Of a stretch of DNA of 64,000 bases, positions 32,691-44,245 are shown piece by piece. Numbering within the stretch: position 1 is the stretch's first letter; every line of letters begins with the position of its first letter. This DNA is from Octopus sinensis (Eukaryota). The DNA is taken from positions 21,204,001-21,268,000 of the forward strand of contig NC_043007.1 of assembly GCF_006345805.1 (NCBI RefSeq), given 5' to 3'. The notes beneath the pieces are model-generated. The model did no database searches and had not been told where the DNA came from. It saw only the letters and a program-made list of their open reading frames with translations. The translations under genes were made by a program, and so were the position numbers.

Positions 32691-33204
32691 TATAATAATA
32701 TGTTTCTTTATTAGCCACACAGACAGGACAGATTACAAAGTAGAGCTTTTCTTTTTGGGGGGAAAAAAAGAAAAAAAAGTGGGGTAGGTTTTCAATCAAA
32801 AGGGATCATAAAAGGGGAAGAAAAAAAAGAAAAAGAAAAAAAACCATCCGAAAGTTTTATTAAGGCCGAGTTGCAAATAGGCAAATTTCGTTGGCTTCCT
32901 GAGACCGAACTACTGTGCTATCTCAAATATTATAGTGGGAAAGCAAGTCGACTGCATCGACTCCACAGCTCGACAGGTACTTATTTTGTTGACCCTGAAA
33001 ACTCGATCTCGGCGGAATTTGATCTCAGTATGTGCAGAACGGGAGAAACAGTACACACCTCATCCGATGCGCTACTGATGCTGCTAGCTCGCCACCAAAG
33101 AAAATTGAATAATACTTTCTGAATATTAGACAAACACATATTGATGACGATCAAATTGAAGGGTTTGACTTGAGCCAAAATAAAAAAAAATGAAAAAAAA
33201 CCCC

Positions 33205-34312
33205 AGAAATATATAGTGTAATAGGCGTAAACAACTTGCTGTAAACGAATATGAAAAAAATTTGAGCTTGCGAACGGTGGAGGGGATTTGGAAAGTTCAC
33301 ATCGTCAGACCATGACCTTTGAACTCTTGTGTTTAACCTGAGGAAAAAAAAAAATTAATAGTGTAATAGGTGTACAACAACATGTAGTAAACAAATATGA
33401 AAAACAAATGTGTGCTCGCAAACGGAGGGATGGAGGAGAGGACTCGGAAAGTTCACATCGTCAGATCATGATCTTTAGACTTCAGTGTTTGACCTGAACA
33501 AAACAAAAAGAAAAAGAAAAAATAGTGTAATAGGCGTAAAACAACTTGCTGTAAAGAAATATGATAAAGAAAATGCGCGCTCACGAAAGGCGGGTGGCAT
33601 GGAGGAGAGGACTCGGAAAATTCACATTGTCAGACCATGACCTTTAAACATGTCATTTAACCCTTTAGCATTTAAACCAACCATATTCGGCCAAAAGTAT
33701 TCTGCTTGTTTTATGTTCAAACTTGCCAGATCTGGTCTCTCACACCAACCCTACAATATCGTTTTAAAAATTAACTGCTACCTCATCAAAATCTCATGGC
33801 TACAAGATAATGCATGATTAGTTCAAAACAATTAATTTTGGCATTAATTTTGGCAGAATAATGTGAACACTAATAATGTGAACGCTAAAGGGTTAAATTC
33901 CAGTGTTTGCCCAAGGTGCCATGCAGTGGAACTGTACTCGGAACCATGTGGTTGGGAAGAATATCCATTTTCTTTAGGGAAAACATTGGATCTTCTTCCC
34001 CATCTGTTAGCTTAGGCAAACACTGTAGTTTAAAGGACATGTTAATTTACACCTATTACAGTTTTTTAATTTTTTTTTTCTTAGGTCAAACACCATAGAG
34101 TTTAAAGGTCATGGTCTGATAATGTGAATTTTCGGAGTCCTCTCCTCCACCCCCCTTTTGCGAGCATGCATTTTTTCATATTCGTTTACAGCAACTCATT
34201 GTATGGCTATTACACTATTTAAAAATTTTTTTTGTTTGGGTCTAATACCATACAGTCTAAAGGCCATGGTCTGACGATGTGAATTTTCTGAGTTCTCTCC
34301 CTGACCCCGTTT
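33205..34312. repeat. Units of about 150 bp: three direct copies and two inverted copies
   Basis: Shared atagtgtaataggcgtaaacaac and aaagttcacatcgtcagaccatgacc blocks; reverse complements at 34082-34312. Confidence 0.85.
33657..33896. mobile_element. TTAA-flanked MITE, second family
   Basis: TTAA|CCCTTTAGCA...GCTAAAGGG|TTAA; relatives at 1148-1375, 21297-21492 and 53292-53537. Confidence 0.85.
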
Positions 34313-34496
34313 GCTAGCTTGGCAGAACTGTTAGCACATCAAATAAAATGCCTAGCGATATTTCAACTGTTCTAAGTTCAAATTCCGCCCATGTTGACTT
34401 AGCCTTTAATACTGGGATCGATGTAATCGACTAGCTATGCTTCCACAAAATTTTAGGCTTTGTGTCAAATTTCGTTGCTTCCTGTGACGGAACTAG

Positions 34497-34695
34497 CTTA
34501 GCTCAACCCAGCTCAGCCCAGCCCAGCTCACCTCAGCCCAGCCCAGCTCACCTCAGCCCAGCCTAGCCCAGCCCAGCTCAGCCCAGCCTAGCCCAGCTCA
34601 GCCCAGCTCAGCCCAGCCAAGCCCAGCTCAGCTCAGCTCACCTCAGGTTGGCTTGGCTTGGCTCGGCCCGGCCCAGCCCAGCCCAGCTCAGCTCA
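34497..34695. repeat. (GCCCA/GCTCA)n pentamer array
   Basis: Direct reading; a short inverted stretch near 34645-34670. Confidence 0.9.
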
Positions 34696-36549
34696 TGTAC
34701 ACGCACGTGTGCACACACAGCACCATAACAAACACCAATCATGCACATTCATACGCTCACACACGCACACAGATGCATGTATATACACACACTCGCACCA
34801 TGTATGCACGCACACACACACAACACCAAGACAATCACACACACGATTGACAAACGAGCACACATATATACACACACCATCCTACAAAATCTCTAAAAAA
34901 ACACACATCCATTTACACCACAATGGACCCTGGGACCATTCAAAAACAGCCCACACACAAACACATGTATACATACACACACACACAAAGACACATACAC
35001 TCACACCAAATACACACACATACACAAAATCTTTCAAAATAACACTTTACAGTCTTTAAAAAAATATGGACGCATCAAATAATATTGCTCTGGGTTCCCT
35101 GGCACATAGAAAAAATAGACAAAACAGTTAATGGCTGGAATTTATTTGCTTATAAATTTACTTGATCAGAGCTGACTAAGAATAAGCAGCAACAACAACA
35201 ACAACAACAATTACAATAACAACAACAATAACAACAAAAACACCATAAGAGTGCAGAACTTGTCTATAAATTTTAAGATGTCAGACAAGCAGTTTACTTC
35301 AGTGCAAGTTGTACTTTTAATATCAACTTGGTTTCTTGCTGGTTCCTTGTCAGTTTGCCAGAGTTCCTACTGGTTTCTTGTCCTTCTTGCCAAAGTTCCA
35401 AATAGGTCCTTGTTAATCAGCCAAAGTTCCCTGCGACTTCATTGTCTGCTCTGACTGCACCAAAAATTTAATTCATAATAAAACCCCCTTTTTCCTTTAT
35501 ATGCACCGACTTTTATTCTGATATGTAAAGAGATAACCACACAGCTCTGAGCTTACAACAAGGAAGCTTTTATTTGATTAGTCAACCTGCTAGACATAGC
35601 AGTCAAATCTCCCTCAAATCAATCATTTGACTGCAGCCATGCTGGAGCACCGCCTTTAGCCGAGCAAATCGACCCCAGGACTTATTCTTTGTAAGCCTAG
35701 TACTTGTTCTATTGGTCTTATTTGCCGAACTGCTAAGTTACGGGGATGTAAGCACACCAGCATCAGTTGTCAAGCAATGTCGGGGGGACAAACACGGACA
35801 CACAAACATACACACACACACACACACATATATATATACATAAATACGACGGGCTTCTTTCAGTTTCCGTCTACCAAATCCACTCACAAGGCTTTGGTCG
35901 GCCCGAGGCTTTAGTAGAAGACACTTGCCCAAGGTGCCATGCAGTGGGACTGAACCCGGAACCATGTGGTTTGTAAGCAAGCTACTTACCACACAGTCAC
36001 TCCTACACCTATATATATATATGTAAATATATATATATAGATAGATAGATGTATGGATGTGTGTGTGTTTGTATTCAGCCTTGTCTAGGCATGATTGTTG
36101 TAAATGAGCATCATCATCATACAAGCAAGACTGTTTGTGTCCAGTCTTCCAATGAAAACGTGTGTAGCTATGGGAAAATATCGCCTTGCTTGAAAGCAGT
36201 CAAGTGTTGGCAACAGGAAGTGCATCCGGCTGTTGAAAAATCTGACTCAACATATTCTGTCTGACCCATGAGAGCATGAAAACGTGGACGTTAAATGATG
36301 CTGGTGATGATGATGATGATGATGATGATGACGGTGACGATGATGATGATGATGGTGGTAGTGATGGTAATGGTGATGAAGATGATGATGATGAGATGAT
36401 GATAATGATGACGGTGATGATGATGACGACGACATGCTGATGATGATGACAGTGATGATGATGATGATGCTGATGATGGTGGTGGTGGTAGTGGTGGTGG
36501 TGGTGGTGATGATGATTGTGATGATGGTGATAGTGATGATGATGATGAT

Positions 36550-36589
<40 letters not shown>

Positions 36590-37266
36590 GCTGATGATGA
36601 CGACGACAATGTCAATGATGATGATGAAGAAGAAGAAGAAGAACCACATAGATGTTCTGAATTCTTTCAGGGGTAGGACAAAATAATGGAAACACCTAGC
36701 ATCATAACATCATAATTTTGAAATATCTATAAAACCAGCAAAAGCTTGTTTATTTTTATGTTTTTTTATTTATTATTACTGTTGCTTAATATGTTTTGCT
36801 AACATTGCTGTTTCTTTTCAGATATCATCAGTAAAAGGTAATTAAAATTCATTAAAATGACAGATCTATCGGACTTTCAAACGGAGTGGTTGGTGTTAGG
36901 AAGGGCATCCAGCTGTAGAAACACTACCAGATCAGACTGGAGCCTGGCGCAGCCTCCTGGCTTCCCAGACCCTGGTCAAACTGTCCAACCCATGCTAGCA
37001 TGGAAAACGGATGTTAAATGATGATAATGATGATGTTTCTCTCTCTCTCTTTTCTCTTTTACTTGTTTCAGTCATTTGACTGTGGCCATGCTGGAGCACC
37101 GCCTTTAATCGAGCAACTCGACTCCAGGACTTATTCTTTTTTGTAAGCCCAGTACTTATTCTATCGGTCTCTTTTGCCGAACCGCTAAATAACAGGGACA
37201 TAAACACACCAGCATCGGTTGTCAAGCAATGCTAGGGGGGCAAACAGAGACACACAAACACACACA

Positions 37267-37301
<35 letters not shown>

Positions 37302-39829
37302 GACGGGCTTCTTTCAGTTTCCGTCTACCAAATCCACTCACAAGGCTTTGGTCAGCCCAAGGCTATAGTAGAAGACACTTGCCCAAGGTGCCACGCAGTG
37401 GGACTGAACCCAGAACCATGTGGTTGGTAAGCAAGCTACTTACCACACAGCCGGAATTTAAATCAACAAAACGTATGAGGAAACAAAGTGAAGGCATGTT
37501 AATTGTTCGAAATAAAATCGGTGGTGGGAACTCATGTGTGGAGGAATGTCCCAACATAAAAATTAATATCTAATATTTGGAACTTATCAAGGAAAATCTT
37601 CACGTTTTAATTTAAATTTTGCTTTAATATGATTTCAAACATAGGGTCGTTCCCTGGTCAATGTTAGAAACGCTTAGTTTGTAAATTTCGGGGTAGATTA
37701 AAACGATTTCAATATTTGATTGCTGTCACTCGGACTCAGAAAGGCAGGAAAATTAAAAAGCCGTCTGAATACAAGGGAGGCTACTCAGAACGTTTGCATT
37801 TGTTTTTTTTTTTTCTTGTCTAAGGGAGAGAATTATTTAAATACCTTATTAAAATTTATAATTATTTGACCATCACGATCGTCCCTATCGCTCCTCCATA
37901 TCATCGTCGTCGTCGTCACCACCACCATCATCATCATCATCATCATTACAATTATCATCATCATCATTATCAGCAGCAGCATCAAAATCATCGACGTCGT
38001 CACCATCGTCCTCCTCATAGCAGTCATCATCGTCATCACCACAACCAGAAAAAAAACCCCACCACCACCACCACCACTTCCGCCGCCGCCGCCGCTGCCA
38101 CCATAATCCTCTCGTTTTTTGGCTTTTATCTGTAAATTTTCCCAGCTGGGGTTTACGAATGTTTAGGGCACCCGTTTCCTACTCCTGCTATTTGTAAAAT
38201 CTGTTATCTTTGTTTCAGTGGTTTGACTGCGGCCATGCTGGAGCATCACCTTTAGTCGAGCAAATCGCCCACCCCAGGACTTATTCTTTGTAATCCTACT
38301 ACTTATCCTATTGGTCTCTTTTGCTGCTAAGTTACAGGGATATAAACAAACCAACACCACTTGTCAGGCGATGGTGGGGAGACAAACACAGATACACAAA
38401 CACACACACACACTTTATATATATATATACATACATATATATGATGGGCTTCTTTCAGTTTTTGTCTACCAAAACCACTCACAAGGCTTTGGTCGGCTTG
38501 AGGCTATAGTAGAAGACACTTGCCCAAGGTGCCATGCAGAGGGACCAAACCCAGAATCATGTGGTTGGTAAGCAAGCTACTTACCATAGAGCCACTCCTG
38601 TGTGTGTGTGTATATATATGATGGGTTTCTTTTGGTTTGTGTCTACCAAATCCACTTACAATGCTTTAGTCAACTCGAGGTTATAGTAGAAAACACTTGC
38701 CCTAGGTGCCATATAGTGGGACTGAACCTGGAACCATGTGGGAAGCAAACTTCTTGCCACACAGCCAGAGTCTTATAGATATTTCATTCAAAATTCCTAT
38801 TTTGTTCATCGCACATTCACTCATGCAGGTCTGCAATAGCAGTTGCTGAAGCAGTATTTCAGTGGCCACAAGGCGGTGAGCTGGCAGAAATGGTAGCTCG
38901 GTGGACGAAATGCTTAGCAGTATTTCGTCTGCTGCTACGTTCTGAGTTCAAATTCTGCCGAGGTTGACTTTGCCTTTCATCCTTTTGGGGTCAATAAATT
39001 AAGTACCATCTGCATACAGGAGTCAATCTAATCAACTGGTCCCCCTCCAACAAAATTTCAGGTCTTGTACCTAGAGTAGAAAAGAATACTTAACTTCTTC
39101 ATGAGGCGGTGAGCTGGCAGAATCATTAAGCACACCGGGTGAAATGCTTAGTGGTATATTGTCTGTCTTTACGTTCTGAGTTCATATTCTGCTGAAATCC
39201 ACTTTGCCTTTTATCCTTTCGAGGTCGATAAATTAAGTATGAGCTGCATACTAGAGTCGATCTAATGAACTGGTCCCCCTCCTGCGAGATTTCAGGCCTT
39301 GTGCCTAGAGTAGAAAAGAATATTTCAGTGGCCAGGAACAAAATGAACTAAATTAAGCATTAGAGAAAGAATCCAAGTTGTTTTTTACATTGAATATATC
39401 AGAAGCAAAATTTTCTCAAGGACCTAAAATTACAACTGTAAATCTCCAATTTACTATCTTGTTTGTTTAGACCCCACCAAAATTATATATGGATCTCCAT
39501 GGGTCATATGGACCCTGTTTGTGAAACACTGGTTTAAAGTAATCTTAGCAGGTAGTGGGCATGTATGGAAAATATCTTGGACAGCAAAAGGTGAGGGTAA
39601 AGACCTGCTTCAGTCATGAATGACCATGGGATTGAACCTAGAAAGTTCTCCTCCAAGGCACAAATCTGGGCAAGGTTCTTTATGGAAGACCATCAGTTGC
39701 CCATGCATACCAGCTTCCCCTCTGCATGCCACCAATGTTATCCAAGGGAAAGGCAAAGGAGCCGATACAGCTTGGCACCTGTGACATCGCAACCCATTTC
39801 TACAGCTGAGTGAACTGGAGTAACGTGAA

Positions 39830-40908
39830 ATAATATTAATAATAATAATAATAATGAAATTATTGTATACAGTGCTCAGGTGTACCACAACTTGTCAGAA
39901 ACTGCATATAAAGCATATGCAGTAATCTAAAAATGTCTGGAAAGTGAACAGTGTATGAGTCAGATACATGCTTGCGTGTGTATGGAGGGGAGAAAATCAG
40001 GTATAGTGTTGGCGAATCTCAGGAAGCATGGAAGTTTTGAAGGATGCAGTGCTCCGACAACAGATTCCAACAACTAACAACAGATTTGTTCCATGCTTCA
40101 GCAACTCTTAGCGTGAAAAAATGTTTCTGAAAGTCATGGGAGCTGTGCTGTTTTCTGACTTTGTAAATATGTCCACGGGTGTTAGACAGGTGGAGTTTGA
40201 AAAGGTGCTCAGAGTTATTGTTTGTAAGATGGTTAATAATTTTATGGATGTCTGCCAAGTCAGCTGCCAGACGTTGGAGTTTCAATGTATCCATGCCCAG
40301 GGAAGTAAGGCATTCAGAATATGGCAAATGCCTGATGGAGGGTATTCTCTTGGTTGCACGTCGCTGAATGGTTACCAGACAAGTAATATCCTGGGCAAGA
40401 TAGGGGTTCCAGACCGGTGATGCAAATTCCAGGTGAGGCTGCACCATAGCTATATAAAGCCTCAGATAGATAGCCGGAGAGCAGCTCACAAAGGACTTGG
40501 TAAGTGATGCCAAGACACCCTCAGCCTTCTTGGCAATTTTAGCGATGTTTTTTGTCCAACGCAAATCACTGTCGACAACAATGCCCAGGTCACGTTCACA
40601 AGAAGTCGACAATAATGCCCAGGTCATGTTCACAAGAAGTCGACAATGATGCCCAGGTCATGTTCACAAGAAGTCGACAATGATGCCCAGGTCACGTTCA
40701 CAAGAAGTCGACAATGATGCCCAGGTCACGTTCACAAGAAGTCGACAATAATGGCCAGGTCACGTTCACAAGAAGTCGACAATGATGCCCAGGTCACATT
40801 CACAATAAGTCGACAATAATGCCCAGGTCATGTTCACAAGAAGTCGACAATGATGACCAGGTCATGTTCACAAGAAGTCATCAATAATGCCCAGGTCACG
40901 TTCACAAG
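39830..40908 (-). mobile_element. 5'-truncated CR1-clade LINE (RT C-terminus), (TTA)n tail
   Basis: ERDLGIVVDSDL...HLEFASPVWNPY...IQRRATK...[12 protein letters not shown]. Confidence 0.92.
40583..40908. repeat. 34-bp minisatellite, 9.6 copies
   Basis: Unit gcccaggtcacgttcacaagaagtcgacaatrat, starting every 34 bp from 40583 to 40889. Confidence 0.95.
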
Positions 40909-41282
40909 CGTCTTGCTCAAGAACACAACACACAGCCCAGTCTGGGAACTGAACTCACTATCTCATGATTGTGAGCCCAAAGCTCTAACCACTGAGCTAT
41001 GTGCCTTCACTTTGACAGTAGAGAACAGCTCAAGAAAAGGAAGGCTCAGAGAATGTATTCCGTTGCTAATCTTCTAATAACTGCCAGGGACTGTTTGCCT
41101 TTTGTAAGCCAATAGAGATACTTTGAAAATCAATACAGGCAGAAGATCTAGAAAGTTCCTTCAAACAGCCTCAACTAAATGAAGTATCTTTTATTTATTT
41201 ATTTATTTATTTACCACCATCTTTCTCTCTTCTGACAGGGAATAGGTTTCCAAGGTAACATACATATGTATATAATGACCCT

Positions 41283-41880
41283 CTTGTTGTTGTTGTTGTT
41301 GTTGTTGTTCTTCTTCTTCTTCTTCTTCTTCTTCTTCTTCTTCTTTACCACTGCCACCACCACACTGTCACCCCCACTGCAGCCACCACCACCACCACCA
41401 CCACCACCACTAACATTACTACCACCACCACCACCTCCGCTGCTGCCACCACTACCACCACTGCTGCTACCACCGCCACCACCACAACCACCACCACCAC
41501 CACCTCTGCTGCTGCTACCACCGACACCACTACCGCCACCGCCACCACCACCACCACCACCACCACCACCACCACCACCACACCACCACCACCACCACAA
41601 CCACCACCACCACCCACCGCCACCACCACCACCCACTTCCATTGATTCTAAGGTCTGCTTATGAGACCAACGACTCCATCCCCTCTCCACTCTCCACCCC
41701 ACCATACCCCACTCCACTCCATAAGGCTCTATGAGTCTTATGAACAGTGATGAGAACACAACAAACCCCGAGAACCTTGTTTTATAATAATAATAATAAT
41801 AACAATAATAATAATAATAATAACAACAACAACAACAATAATAATAATAATAATAATAATATAATAATAATAATAATAAT

Positions 41881-41913
<33 letters not shown>

Positions 41914-41977
41914 TATAATAATAATAATAATTATAATAATAATAATTATAATAATAATAATTATAATAATAATAATG

Positions 41978-42014
<37 letters not shown>

Positions 42015-42026
42015 CAATAATAATAA
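41283..42026. repeat. Compound trinucleotide microsatellites (GTT/CTT, ACC, TAA)
   Basis: Direct reading. Similar blocks at 36300-36635, 37905-38105, 48235-48335 and 61955-62320; (TA)n-rich blocks at 30120-30450, 49480-49800 and 55850-56310. Confidence 0.95.
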
Positions 42027-42291
42027 TGTTTTGCTTTATGAAGGAACGGTTGCTTGTCACTCCCCTCTGCTCCCCCTCCTTTTGAAGAAGCATCATCCAA
42101 GAAACATCGATTTATGTAAATGTAGATGCGTTGTAAGATCATTCGGTTGATGTTTGGTCCGAGAGGTGAGACATGGCGAAAGCAAAGCGAGGAAGAAAGG
42201 CAGGTGCCTTGCATTGATTAATGTAATATCTTGGCAAGGAGTCAGCTAAGCTCAGAGGAACAAGGCACATTAAGAGGGGTCACAAAAGTAA

Positions 42292-43640
42292 CAAAGAGAG
42301 AGAGAGGGAGAGAGAGAGGAAGAGAGAGAGGAAGATAGAGAGAGTGAGAGAGAGGAAGAGAGAGAGAGGAAGAGAGAAAGGGAGAGAGGGAGAGAGGGAG
42401 AGAGGGAGAGTGAGAGAGAGGAAGAGAGAGTGAGGGAGAGAGAGGGGAGAGAGAGGAAGAGAGAGAGGAAGAGAGAGGAAGAGAGAAAGAAGAGAGAGAG
42501 AGGAAGAGAGAGGAAGAGAGAAAGGAAGAGAGAGAGAGGAAGAGAGAGAGGAAGAGAGAGAGGGAGGAAGAGAGAGAGAGAGGAAGAGAGAGAGTGAGGG
42601 AGAGAGAGGAAGAGAGAGAGAGAGGGAGAGAGAGGAAGAGAGAGAGAGGGAGGAAGAGAGTGAGAAGGAGGACGAGAGAGAGGGAGAGAGAGGAAGAGAG
42701 AGAGGAAGAGAAAGGAAGAGAGAGGAAGAGAGAGAGAGGAAGAGAGAGAGGGTGGGAGAGAGGAAGAGAGAGAGAAAGGGTGTGTAGTTCAGAAGTGGTT
42801 GCAATTTCTAAGGATATTTCTCATTAAAAATTGGTTTGTGTTTTATGGTAATTTGTAACTAAGTTAATTCTCTTATCTGTACTGACATGGCTATGTGGTG
42901 GATAAGTCCACCTTGTAATTGTAACCGTAACAGTAACTGCATAGTTTTAAGGATGACTGGGTAGTACTTTGGGTGAGTGTCTTCTACTATACAGAGAGAG
43001 GGAGAGAGAGAAACAGAGAAGGAGGAGAGAGAGGGGGAGAAAGAGAGAGAGAAGAAAGGGAGAGAAAGGCAGATAGATAGAGAGGGTAGGAGAGAGAGAA
43101 AGAAAGAGAGAGAGAAAGAGACAGAAAGGAAGAGAGAGGAAGGGAGAGAGAGAAACAGAAAGGGAGAGAGGGAGGAGAGAGAGAGAGAGAGAAGAAAGGG
43201 AGAGAAAGCAGATAGATAGAGAGGGTAGGAGAGAGAGAAAGAAAGAGAGAGAGAAAGAGACAGAAAGGAAGAGAGAGGAAGGGAGAGAGAGAGAGAAAGA
43301 GACAGAAAGGAAGAGAGAGGAAGGGAGAGAGAGAAAAAGAGAGAAGAAAGGGAGAGAGAGGAAGAGAGAGAGGAGAGAGACAGAAAGAAAGAGAGGGGAG
43401 AGAGAAACAGAAAGGGAGAGAGAGGAAGAGAGAGAGGGGGAGAGAGAAACAGAAAGGGAGAGAGGGAGAGAGAGAGACAGAAAGAAAGAGAGGGGGAGAG
43501 AGAAACAGAAAGGGAGAGAGGGAGAGAGAGACAGAAAGAAAGAGAGGGGGAGAGAGAAACAGAAAGGGAGAGAGGGAGAGAGACAGAAAGAAGGAGAGAG
43601 GGGTGAGAAACAGAAAGACAGAGAGAGGGAGAAAGAGAAG
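42292..43640. repeat. Two long GA-rich polypurine tracts (42292-42780, 42992-43640)
   Basis: Almost pure A/G on the plus strand. Confidence 0.95.
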
Positions 43641-43964
43641 TGCCTAGGCAGGTAGATGTGTAGATAGGTAAGGAGATCGAGACAACATGCGTGTAGTTGA
43701 AAAGTGATGAGAAGTAGCAAAATTAAGAACAGGGAAGAAAATAATTAATTAGCAAAGATGAAGGTGTTTGGTATGTCAGTTTCGTTTCAAAAATTACTGA
43801 CCAGGTGTCCAGTCTGAGGTTCCTGTCTCCCTTCCTCCCCACCCACCATCAAATTTCAAAGTCTTGCAAAAATGTCCTCCTATGACCAAGGCATTTAAAA
43901 CAACAACAAGAGCATTATTAATTTATTCAGGACCTTGGTTTTTCTAAGGCATGTAAAAGGGCTT

Positions 43965-44245
43965 GTGCAGTGCACCATGTAAAAGCACCCATGTGGTGCC
44001 ATGTAAAAACACCTGTCTGGTCCCATGTAAAAGTGCCCTGTGAGGTGTCACGTAAAAGTGCCTGTGAGGTGCCACATAAAAGTGCCCATGTAGTGCCCTG
44101 CAAAAACACTCATCTGGTGTCACATAAAAGTGCCTGTGAGGTGTCACATAAAAGTGCCCATGTAGTGCCCTGCAAAAACACTCATCTGGTGCCACATAAA
44201 AGTGCCCAATGTGGTGCCCTGCAAAAATACCCATCTGGTGCCATG
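43965..44245. repeat. Minisatellite of about 22 bp with a 66-bp higher-order repeat
   Basis: Unit approx. gtgccacataaaagtgcccatg. Confidence 0.85.

Larger units (their letters stand above)
36822..43770 (+). other. Cluster of candidate short exons (36822-36837, 39552-39590, 41239-41254, then 42044-42119 or 43753-43770)
   Basis: Each has a pyrimidine tract + AG and a gtaa/gtga/gtat donor. They are phase-compatible (ISSVK-GSGHVWKISWTAK-GNRFP-). No homology recognised. Confidence 0.35.

Noticed and set aside
30720-32850. Duplicated segment of about 140 bp on both sides of the CABIN1 promoter (30720-30880, 32690-32850)
   Set aside because: Looks like two copies of an ordinary dispersed repeat end; no evidence of a composite element.
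35261-35560. LTR-like segment on the minus strand (TGTTGTAAG start, CATATAAAG box)
   Set aside because: No TSD, no second copy in the window, and ends are ambiguous.
40583-40908. Regular 34-bp repeat as a CRISPR-like array
   Set aside because: No spacers; the units are contiguous and derive from CR1 RT sequence; eukaryotic context.
42163-42240. SECIS-like hairpin (GTGA...AAA...TGAT)
   Set aside because: Helix II pairing is poor and the loop is oversized; not supportable by eye.
41211-42827. Long ORFs rich in G, P, V, Y, I or ER/SL
   Set aside because: Translations of microsatellites; the same applies to ORFs at 30082-30513, 36200-36676, 55839-56340 and 61876-62367.
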